Shown piece after piece: positions 9,267-16,250 of a stretch of DNA of 32,000 nucleotides (within the stretch, counting starts at the first letter, position 1; every line of letters begins with the position of its first letter). The notes below the pieces were generated by a model. The model worked only from the letters and a program-made list of their open reading frames with translations, had not been told where the DNA came from and did no database searches. The position numbers and the translations under genes are program-made. The stretch is from Candidatus Nitrosacidococcus tergens (GTDB lineage: Bacteria; Pseudomonadota; Gammaproteobacteria; Nitrosococcales; Nitrosococcaceae): positions 1,287,473 through 1,319,472 of the forward strand of contig NZ_LR778175.1 of assembly GCF_902810445.1 (NCBI RefSeq), written 5' to 3'.

Positions 9267-9788
9267 TTATTCTTTTTTAAGAAATATTAAAGTTTCTGGC
9301 TTATCAAAAAAACCATTATAATCTCCGTCCATATTATAATCTTCCTTCAAGGTAAGTTTATTGCCTTCTAAAGAAGAAAATATCGCATGATCATTACTGC
9401 TAGGATGCATTCTTAATTGTGTCCATGTACCGCTATTTTTATTATATCTTCTATGGCCATAAATATCTGCTGTCCACTGCATATAACCTTCTGTCATAGA
9501 AGATCTACCATTTTCTCGAGATACTTCTATCCAGTCGTAAATAACAGAAGAATCATCTTCTGCTACTAACTTTTTATACCATGAATATTGATAGGAATCT
9601 TCTGATAAGGTGAGTAAAATTCTATTTTTTATTATTTGATTGCTACTACCCTTTATTTCAAAAGTAGATTCCCATATACCTGCCAGATCATACTTTATAG
9701 TTTTAGAATCCTCGGAGGATGGCTGGCAGGCTACTAGGAGCGTTAAGAATAACGCATGTATCGGCGGCAGTAGAAGAAAATTCTTCAC
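9267..9788 (-). CDS. Hypothetical lipoprotein (lipobox LLVAC; possibly lipocalin-like beta protein)
   Basis: Signal peptide plus lipobox ...FLTLLVA|C. The mature part is rich in W/Y/beta-strand pattern (LAGIWESTFEIKG...). GTG start lies 23 nt after the upstream gene stop, with no SD, which suggests coupling or read-through. Confidence 0.6.
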   Translation of the reverse strand: MKNFLLLPPIHALFLTLLVACQPSSEDSKTIKYDLAGIWESTFEIKGSSNQIIKNRILLTLSEDSYQYSWYKKLVAEDDSSVIYDWIEVSRENGRSSMTEGYMQWTADIYGHRRYNKNSGTWTQLRMHPSSNDHAIFSSLEGNKLTLKEDYNMDGDYNGFFDKPETLIFLKKE

Positions 9789-9811
9789 AAGAAAATAACT
9801 ATACTAGTTTT

Positions 9812-10345
9812 TTATGTAACAGGCATCATTTTTCTCTTCCGCTCTTCATACCAAAAGATAGAGCCGATAAAAATAGCACAAAATATCCCAGAGATAATCC
9901 AAGCCTTGGTATGTAACCCTTTTCCCACATGGAGCTCCATTTCATGATCATGCTGATGATCACCATCATGCAACGTTACTCTAACCTTATAAATTCCTGT
10001 TTCTAAAGTGGGAAAAAGATTTATTACCCCACGGGGATATTTCTCTGCAGATCTTTCTGCAACAACTTTACCTTCCGGATCAAGTAATTGAACAGCAATT
10101 TTATGTTGCCGTAATTCTTCTCCTTCTAAATCAAAAACCAATACTGCATTACCTGTCATAGGTAATTCATGGCACATTGGCTCATTACCAACAGTTTCCG
10201 GCTCGTAAGCTGAGAAATGTACCTTAAAATCATCAATAAGCATAGCGCATCTATCTGTATCCATACCACCGCCACCATGAGCAAATGCAGGTGTATGACC
10301 TAATAAGATTAATGCTGCAAAATAGCTAAAAAGTATCTTCTTCAC
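9812..10345 (-). CDS. AmoD/PmoD-position periplasmic putative copper protein with a C-terminal TM anchor
   Basis: GTG start with AAGGAGG 6 nt upstream. The signal peptide ...TPAFA|HGGGG would leave an N-terminal His. Cys/Met/His clusters are DRCAM, PMCHELPM and HDGDHQHDHEMELH. The body has a beta-rich pattern and the C-terminal helix is AWIISGIFCAIFIGSIFWY. Its position directly after amoB matches amoD/pmoD, but family membership is not verifiable here. Confidence 0.55.
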   Translation of the reverse strand: MKKILFSYFAALILLGHTPAFAHGGGGMDTDRCAMLIDDFKVHFSAYEPETVGNEPMCHELPMTGNAVLVFDLEGEELRQHKIAVQLLDPEGKVVAERSAEKYPRGVINLFPTLETGIYKVRVTLHDGDHQHDHEMELHVGKGLHTKAWIISGIFCAIFIGSIFWYEERKRKMMPVT

Positions 10346-10396
10346 CGAATAACCTCCTTTTTAGTCTTTATTTATTAGCGCAATATGTCCACTGTT

Positions 10397-10448
10397 AAAT
10401 AAATAAGCGAGCCAGTCTTCTAACATTATCATTTAGAAGCTGGCTCGC
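10397..10448 (-). terminator. Strong rho-independent terminator after amoB
   Basis: On the minus-strand RNA, GCGAGCCAG-CUUCUA / UAGAAG-(A bulge)-CUGGCUCGC forms 15 bp (plus-strand 10407-10415:10440-10448 and 10417-10422:10434-10439) with an 11-nt loop. It is followed by UUAUUUAUUU. Confidence 0.7.
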
Positions 10449-10518
10449 CTTAAGAAAACCTTCTGTAAATACAATTAATAATTATTTAATTTATCTACAA
10501 AATGTCTTCTATTACTAA

Positions 10519-11775
10519 TTAAGCGAAGCTTGGGATCAATGGTGAACCAACTTCGACTGGGATTTTTCTTCCCTCTGGATCTACAAAAAATAACAGACCA
10601 CCAAACCGGCTGTCTGGGTCATAAATAACATCAGAAAGTCGTTGTACTTCCCAAGCAGCATCGGTGCCTACAACTTCAACAATTACTGTTTCACCAGGGG
10701 CAATATCTTGTTGGCTAACTTCTAAACCTTCTGGAGCAAGCAATTCTTCTGGATAACCAGTATCATCTACAATTACATTAGGGTTTAAGAAGCGTACTCC
10801 CCCTGTGTCAAACTCACCAATTGACATTACTTTATCTGTATGATTGGTAACTTCTACTTTAAACTTAATCGTTCTTCCAGGTACACGATAGCCTGCAGTC
10901 GTAATTTTTGCAGTGATTGGATCCTTACCATAACGAGGAGGTAATGGCTTAATATCCTGGAGTAATCCAGATTGCAACGGAATAGTGATTGGAAACTCAG
11001 ACTCTGTAGACTGGAATCCATACATGATTACAACAAGCGTACCTACTAAGAGCGCGGTTGCAGCTTTGGTATCTGTAGCGGTAAAAAGCTCATTGTCAGG
11101 TACTCCATCTTCCATCTTCATATGGCGTACTAAAAAGAGCGGACGACGTGCCCAATAGAAAATCCAACCAATACCAATAAGATACCAGAACCCATGCCAG
11201 CCAATAACTTTACTCATCCCAGTATCTTCTAGATCTAGAGTTCTTCCAGTAAGAGTTGTAATTTCATCTTTGAAATTAGCTTCGTTACCAGTTATTGTAA
11301 CCCATTTTCCAGGACCAATAAGAGGACCACCACCTTGGATATTCATCATGGCATGAACATGCCAGTTACCAACGCGGCGAGCTTTTAGCTCTACTAGAAA
11401 ACTATAATCTCCGCCTAATTCAAGACCTACAGAACGAGGAACAAAGATATCGTTAATATAAGATCCAGTCCGAATAAAAACAGGTCCAGGCTGACCAATA
11501 TTTAAAAAAGACACTCTAGGTAAATCGACCGCTTCTGGCCACTCGCTAAAAGTGTGAAACTTTCCAGAAAGCGTATAGTTTTGACCTATTTCAACTGTAT
11601 CTTTAGACCATTTTAAATCATACCAGTGGATTGTCCGCATCCGGAGGAATGCAGCTTGGGATCTTTCACCATGAGCCGCTGCAATTGGTACATAAAAAGA
11701 TCCTGCTAACATCGCTGCAGCAGTACCCATTAGTAGCCATTTTTTCGTTTGATTTATTACATCTGTACCTTTCAT
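10519..11775 (-). CDS. amoB: Copper membrane monooxygenase subunit B (AmoB/PmoB)
   Basis: The signal peptide ends AAA|HGERSQ, the N-terminal His of the CuB site. GNWHVHAMMNIQGGGPLIGPG carries the HxH ligands. There are two central TM helices and a C-terminal cupredoxin-like domain. AGGAGAG RBS. Confidence 0.93.
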   Translation of the reverse strand: MKGTDVINQTKKWLLMGTAAAMLAGSFYVPIAAAHGERSQAAFLRMRTIHWYDLKWSKDTVEIGQNYTLSGKFHTFSEWPEAVDLPRVSFLNIGQPGPVFIRTGSYINDIFVPRSVGLELGGDYSFLVELKARRVGNWHVHAMMNIQGGGPLIGPGKWVTITGNEANFKDEITTLTGRTLDLEDTGMSKVIGWHGFWYLIGIGWIFYWARRPLFLVRHMKMEDGVPDNELFTATDTKAATALLVGTLVVIMYGFQSTESEFPITIPLQSGLLQDIKPLPPRYGKDPITAKITTAGYRVPGRTIKFKVEVTNHTDKVMSIGEFDTGGVRFLNPNVIVDDTGYPEELLAPEGLEVSQQDIAPGETVIVEVVGTDAAWEVQRLSDVIYDPDSRFGGLLFFVDPEGRKIPVEVGSPLIPSFA

Positions 11776-11828
11776 ATTCGCTACTCTCCTAGTTAGCTTT
11801 TGATTATGTTGTCCTTTTAAGCTTTGAC

Positions 11829-12590
11829 TTAGATACTATCAGTATAATAGCTTCTGCTGAACCAACGACCCGCCATATACCAGCCAAAATACATACAGAT
11901 AGACACAAATCCGGAGAAGAAAGCAGATACAGGGACTACGTCTTCACCAAAAGATCTTAGCGTACCTTTTTCAACCATACGGATATACTCAGGATTACCA
12001 GTACGAACATAATGGAAGCCCATAACGTCTGCTACAGACATGACCAGTCCGTTTACATCAACAGGCTCATGGAACTGCCCAATAATAGGCCAATTAGCTG
12101 GGTACATTAGTAGTCCATAACTCATTCCACCAACTACTGCTGCTAGGGCAAAACTTTTAGTAAGTGCTAATGCAGCATCTAAAATTAGAGCCATTGGCAG
12201 TAATACGGTAGGTTGCACAAAGTGAACTGGGAAATAAGTGAATAAATGGAAATTAAAATAGCGATTAATCCATTCAGCTGCTATTAACCCTAAGGTTACA
12301 AAAGTAGCACCGAAAGGAAGACGGAATTTCTCCCACATAAAAGCCTGCATAGCGGCAGGATAGCAAACTGCTACAATTGGAGCGATAGTTACCCAGAAGC
12401 GGCGATCTTTCCAGTCAAGCCAGAAATCCCAGTCTCCGGCTAAAAGCATATAATGTACGTGAAATGAAGCCAGAAAGATAAAAAAGAAAGCACCTAACCA
12501 CAAAAAATCCATGGTTCTGGAGACTTTAGCAGCTTCCTCTGGCGAGTATACTGCAGATCCTACTCCAGTTCCTACTCTTCCTGTTGCCAT
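11829..12590 (-). CDS. amoA: Copper membrane monooxygenase subunit A (AmoA/PmoA)
   Basis: GDWDFWLDWKDRRFWVT, FMWEKFRLPFGAT, YGLLMYPANWP and PEYIRMVEKGTLRSFGEDVVPVSAFFSGF. From memory these look closest to Nitrosococcus-type AmoA. AGGAGAG RBS. Confidence 0.93.
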   Translation of the reverse strand: MATGRVGTGVGSAVYSPEEAAKVSRTMDFLWLGAFFFIFLASFHVHYMLLAGDWDFWLDWKDRRFWVTIAPIVAVCYPAAMQAFMWEKFRLPFGATFVTLGLIAAEWINRYFNFHLFTYFPVHFVQPTVLLPMALILDAALALTKSFALAAVVGGMSYGLLMYPANWPIIGQFHEPVDVNGLVMSVADVMGFHYVRTGNPEYIRMVEKGTLRSFGEDVVPVSAFFSGFVSICMYFGWYMAGRWFSRSYYTDSI

Positions 12591-12631
12591 TTTTAAACTC
12601 TCCTATAAATTAAATTTCATTTTTAACGAAA

Positions 12632-12675
12632 AGCGGTCGCGATCTTAAAATCAATTTAGCAAGACTGCGACCGCT
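12632..12675 (-). promoter_or_regulatory. GC-rich stem-loop in the amoC-amoA spacer (attenuator, processing or stability element)
   Basis: Perfect 9-bp arms AGCGGTCGC / GCGACCGCT (12632-12640 and 12667-12675) with a 26-nt loop. On the RNA strand they are followed by UUUCGUUAAAAAUG. Confidence 0.55.
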
Positions 12676-12717
12676 ATAAATTAAGTCCTTAACTTAATGA
12701 CTTATTATTTTCGTATC

Positions 12718-13506
12718 TTAGCGAGCATACTCTTCACTTTGTGAAAGTTCTCTACCAATAAGCTCACGAACACGTGGTAGTACTTGCGTAACTACACCAA
12801 ACATGGCAAGAATAAACCAAGCAAAGAATACAAATCCCCAGTGTAATGGCGCTACAAAGAGTTCTTCCATAAACCAGAAGGTATGACCCCACTCATTTAG
12901 TCCTACATTTGGAAAAATCATGAAAGGACCAAGAATAAGCATTAAATAAGATACGGACCAACCTTTGGAAAGGTTGAAATAAGGAATACGAGTTACTGCA
13001 TAAGCATAAGATCCTAAACCAAACATAACATAGATAGGATAGCTCATGTAGAATTCAAGGATATGACTTGGAGTGAAATCAGTATCACGAATAACGGTTT
13101 GATGCCAAGCACCATCTTGCTCAGTGAAGAAGCTAGCACCCCAAAACAAACCAACACCATAAATTGCCCACCAACAAAATAGGGAGCAGTAACGACGTAA
13201 TTCTTCACGAGGATGAACGCTATCTGGATCACGCTCACGAGTCTTCCACATATAGGTGATTAACGCACCAGTACCGATCGCTTCAATGGTAAGCTCAGCA
13301 TAGAGCAAGTTCATCCAATATTTATCAAATGCTGGATCAAATGAATCTAGTCCAAATTCCCAACCAGCCCATCCTTCATAAAGACGCACACAAATGTAAA
13401 AAGCAAAGATAGCAGCGATAGCAAGCCACATATTCCCCATAGGAAATAAAGCAGCTTCTTGATCTACTACTGCACCTCGTGCTACAGCTCTACTAGTTGC
13501 AGCCAT
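12718..13506 (-). CDS. amoC: Copper membrane monooxygenase subunit C (AmoC/PmoC)
   Basis: EQDGAWHQTVIRDTDFTPSHILEFY carries the conserved Asp/His/His metal site. NEWGHTFWFMEELFVAPLHWGF is also present. AGGAGG RBS is 9 nt upstream. Confidence 0.93.
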   Translation of the reverse strand: MAATSRAVARGAVVDQEAALFPMGNMWLAIAAIFAFYICVRLYEGWAGWEFGLDSFDPAFDKYWMNLLYAELTIEAIGTGALITYMWKTRERDPDSVHPREELRRYCSLFCWWAIYGVGLFWGASFFTEQDGAWHQTVIRDTDFTPSHILEFYMSYPIYVMFGLGSYAYAVTRIPYFNLSKGWSVSYLMLILGPFMIFPNVGLNEWGHTFWFMEELFVAPLHWGFVFFAWFILAMFGVVTQVLPRVRELIGRELSQSEEYAR

Positions 13507-13657
13507 GATGATATAACCTCCTATTCGACTGAACTGTATTTTAGTAAGTTGATTAGCAGTTATAAAATTACCTACTAACCCCTTACCCCTCTTATCTTCC
13601 TTAATCTAGGTATATCAGACTCCTAGCAGGAAGTATACAAAACTCTCTGTATAGAGC

Positions 13658-13685
13658 AGTGTAGCACCACAGCAATAGGAGTCAA
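13658..13685 (-). promoter_or_regulatory. Candidate sigma70 promoter for amoCAB (TTGACT-16 nt-TACACT)
   Basis: On the minus strand, TTGACT is at plus-strand 13685-13680 and TACACT at 13663-13658. This predicts a 5' UTR of about 150 nt. Pattern match only. Confidence 0.35.
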
Positions 13686-13785
13686 GATATCTAAAGTATA
13701 AACTTTATATCCTATTGAAAATATACTATTATTTAGTAAAAACTTGTATTTTTATACTCTTTATAAGAGAAAAATCTCACTAAAT

Positions 13786-14625
13786 ATGACTAAAATTATT
13801 TTACAGGGAACAAAGCTTACTTTGGATTCTGCACAACAAATAGCGGAAAAATACGGTATGGCACTCAATGTTAAAAGTAGCTATTACCAATTACATAAAA
13901 ATACACAAGTACTGAATTTTAACAGTGATAGCTTAAATGATCTGAGGGCTACCTATCCTTTTGATATTAACTTACTTCCAGATAGCTATTATCCTAGTCA
14001 AGTCAAGCTTTTTATTTCTGATATGGATTCTACGCTCATCAATGTAGAGTGCATTGATGAGATTGCTGATTATATTGAAAAAAAAACTGAAGTAAGTAAA
14101 ATTACAGAATCAGCAATGAGAGGAGAGCTGGATTTTAAGAACTCTTTAATTCAACGTGTTAGATTATTAGCCGGAATTTCTGAGAATACCCTTAAAGAAA
14201 TATATGAAACCAAAATTAATCTCAATTCTGGTGGTAAAGAGCTACTATCTGTTCTAAAACAAAAAAATATCAAGATGGCTCTAGTTTCCGGAGGATTTAC
14301 TTATTTTACTGATCTGCTAAAACAAAAATATGGCTTGGATTTTACTCTAGCAAATACCTTAGAAATCCAAAATGGTAAATTAACTGGAGAAGTAATTCCT
14401 CCTATTGTAGATGCGAGTGCTAAAGCTCAATTTCTACTTTCTTTATGTAAAGAACTTCAAATAAAAACTAATCAAGTCATCGCAATCGGAGATGGAGCAA
14501 ATGATTTAGAAATGCTAAGAACAGCAGGTCTAGGAATTGCTTATCATGCTAAGGAGAAAGTGCAAAAAGGTGCACAGATTGTGCTAAACCATAGCAATTT
14601 AAATGGAGTAATACCTTTTTTATAA
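13786..14625 (+). CDS. serB: Phosphoserine phosphatase (HAD)
   Basis: LFISDMDSTLINVECIDEIA (DxDST), SGGF and GDGANDLEMLRTAGLGIAYHAK. The track ORF starts at TTG 13744, but ATG 13786 (MTKIILQG) is more plausible. Confidence 0.88.
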   Translation: MTKIILQGTKLTLDSAQQIAEKYGMALNVKSSYYQLHKNTQVLNFNSDSLNDLRATYPFDINLLPDSYYPSQVKLFISDMDSTLINVECIDEIADYIEKKTEVSKITESAMRGELDFKNSLIQRVRLLAGISENTLKEIYETKINLNSGGKELLSVLKQKNIKMALVSGGFTYFTDLLKQKYGLDFTLANTLEIQNGKLTGEVIPPIVDASAKAQFLLSLCKELQIKTNQVIAIGDGANDLEMLRTAGLGIAYHAKEKVQKGAQIVLNHSNLNGVIPFL

Positions 14626-14662
14626 GTTATTAGAACTCAAATTCAGAAAGTAAAAATAATTA

Positions 14663-14714
14663 AGGAAGTACACTACTAGCAAATTATAAGGCTTTGCTTA
14701 TTTATGTACTTCCT
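14663..14714 (-). terminator. Two-tier hairpin; likely terminator of the 37-aa ORF (may also stop serB)
   Basis: The outer 10-bp stem is AGGAAGTACA / TGTACTTCCT (14663-14672 and 14705-14714). The inner 6-bp stem is AGCAAA / TTTGCT (14678-14683 and 14693-14698). On the minus strand it is followed by UAAUUAUUUUUACUUU. Confidence 0.55.
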
Positions 14715-14744
14715 AAATCATATAAAGTAGCCTAATTAATGAAA

Positions 14745-14858
14745 TTAATCTTTCATTAACCATTGAACAAAATAGTAAGCACCTACAACAACGGCTACTG
14801 TAACAACTAAACCAATAGGAGTAAACATCATATTGGTTACTTTCAAGATTGCACCCAT
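14745..14858 (-). CDS. Small single-TM protein, 37 aa (below the ORF-track cutoff)
   Basis: Hand translation gives MGAILKVTNMMFTPIGLVVTVAVVVGAYYFVQWLMKD*. AAGGAG ends 7 nt before the ATG. It has its own downstream hairpin with a U-tract and an upstream extended -10. Confidence 0.55.
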   Translation of the reverse strand: MGAILKVTNMMFTPIGLVVTVAVVVGAYYFVQWLMKD

Positions 14859-14883
14859 TATTCGTCTCCTTTTATATAAATTC

Positions 14884-14892
14884 TATATAGCA
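14884..14892 (-). promoter_or_regulatory. Candidate extended -10 (TGC-TATATA) for the 37-aa ORF
   Basis: The minus strand reads gTGcTATATAgaatttatataaaAGGAGacgaataATG. The -35 is weak (TTTATC). Confidence 0.3.
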
Positions 14893-14996
14893 CTTTTTTA
14901 GTTATCGATAAAATATCAGATAACTCTTAACTCTCAAAAGTTATAAGGGTATAGCAAATTATTTTTTTAAACAAGCTATCTTTAAGAATTTATCTA

Positions 14997-15019
14997 TCTC
15001 CCTGAATACAGAAGGGAGA
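14997..15019 (-). terminator. Hairpin downstream of rimI (weak terminator candidate)
   Basis: TCTCCCT / AGGGAGA forms a 7-bp stem with a 9-nt loop, about 40 nt after the rimI stop. The trailing U-tract is poor. Confidence 0.35.
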
Positions 15020-15058
15020 AGTAGAATATATAATAATATGATTTTATTTAAATTTTCT

Positions 15059-15481
15059 TTATAAAGATAATCCAAGTAAAAATGCATCTTCTCGCCCTTT
15101 TCTACCAGGATAATACCCTTTTCTAATTCCTACCTCATTAAAACCAAATTTATAATATAAAGATAAAGCTCGATGATTAGAAGGACGTACTTCAAGAAAA
15201 ACTATCTGAGCACCTAGCGTTTTAGATATCTTTAAAAGGTGTGCAAGTATATAGTGCCCGCATCCTTGGTGTTGATAATCTGGATGTACACAGATATTGA
15301 GTATATGAGCTTCTCCTACTTGTACAGAAGCAATACCATAGCCATATATTTTTTTATCCCGCTCATATACCCATGATTCATATCCAGCATATAAACAATC
15401 TACAAAAGTACGGTATGTCCATGGAAAAGCACAGGCAGTTTTTTCAATAGTAATTACGACATCTAAATCCTCATCTTGCAT
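15059..15481 (-). CDS. rimI: Ribosomal-protein-alanine N-acetyltransferase (GNAT)
   Basis: AFPWT..TF, HILNICVHPDYQHQGCGHYIL, LEVRPSNHRALSLY and GFNEVGIRKGYYP..GREDA are collinear with E. coli RimI. ATG 15481 fits the E. coli length; the track ORF extends to TTG 15529. Confidence 0.85.
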   Translation of the reverse strand: MQDEDLDVVITIEKTACAFPWTYRTFVDCLYAGYESWVYERDKKIYGYGIASVQVGEAHILNICVHPDYQHQGCGHYILAHLLKISKTLGAQIVFLEVRPSNHRALSLYYKFGFNEVGIRKGYYPGRKGREDAFLLGLSL

Positions 15482-15554
15482 CGGTCTTGGAGAAAAACCA
15501 CGTAATTTTTTCAAGAAATCCCTAAACAATGTAGTTACTCAAAATTAATACTAA

Positions 15555-16241
15555 TTAGCGATCTAATTCTAATTTTTTAAAGGTATTTAATGCAAATTGT
15601 AAATCTTGCCAAGCATCTGCCTTTTTTAGAGGAGATCGTAGTAAATATGCAGGATGATAAGTAATAATTAATGGAATATCTATATTTGGATACCGATGAA
15701 CTTGATTACGTAGCTTTCCCAGAGTTTCTGAAGTATTTAATAGATTTTGAGCAGCAACCCTTCCTAGAGCGAGGATAAGTAAAGGGTTCAATAAGGTAAT
15801 TTGACTTTCAAGATAGGACTTACATTGCACTACCTCTTCAGGGGCAGGATCTCGATTATTTGGAGGGCGGCATTTTAAGATATTAGTGATATAAATTTGA
15901 GAGCGTTGTAATCCTAGAGCTTTAAACATCTCATTAAGAAGCTGCCCAGCACGACCCACAAAAGGCTCACCTTGCTTATCTTCATCAGCACCAGGGGCCT
16001 CTCCTATAATAAGCCACTTTGCTTTTTTATCTCCTGTACCAAAAACGGTTTGAATACGGGTTTTATGTAAAGGGCAAGCGGTACAATTACTTACCTTTAA
16101 GGCAAGTTCTTCCCATCCAATTTTCGAAGGACTTGTTTTTTCTATTTCCCTTCTCTCTGATTTTAAGGTGCTTAAAAATTCACGACGTTGCCAAAGGGTA
16201 ATTCCCATGGCATTTAAGTAATGCAGATGGGATATCTTCAT
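15555..16241 (-). CDS. Uracil-DNA glycosylase, family 4
   Basis: CTACPLHKTR, WLIIGEAPGADEDKQGEPFVGRAGQLL, NILKCRPP.NR.P and TYHPAYLLR motifs. Confidence 0.88.
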   Translation of the reverse strand: MKISHLHYLNAMGITLWQRREFLSTLKSERREIEKTSPSKIGWEELALKVSNCTACPLHKTRIQTVFGTGDKKAKWLIIGEAPGADEDKQGEPFVGRAGQLLNEMFKALGLQRSQIYITNILKCRPPNNRDPAPEEVVQCKSYLESQITLLNPLLILALGRVAAQNLLNTSETLGKLRNQVHRYPNIDIPLIITYHPAYLLRSPLKKADAWQDLQFALNTFKKLELDR

Positions 16242-16250
16242 AAAAAATCA

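Noticed and set aside
13507-13743. Searched the amoC upstream region for an amoR-like small ORF, as reported upstream of amoC in Nitrosococcus oceani
   Set aside because: There is no ATG and only a trivial GTG-initiated frame in the minus-strand sequence. The region reads as promoter plus a long 5' UTR.
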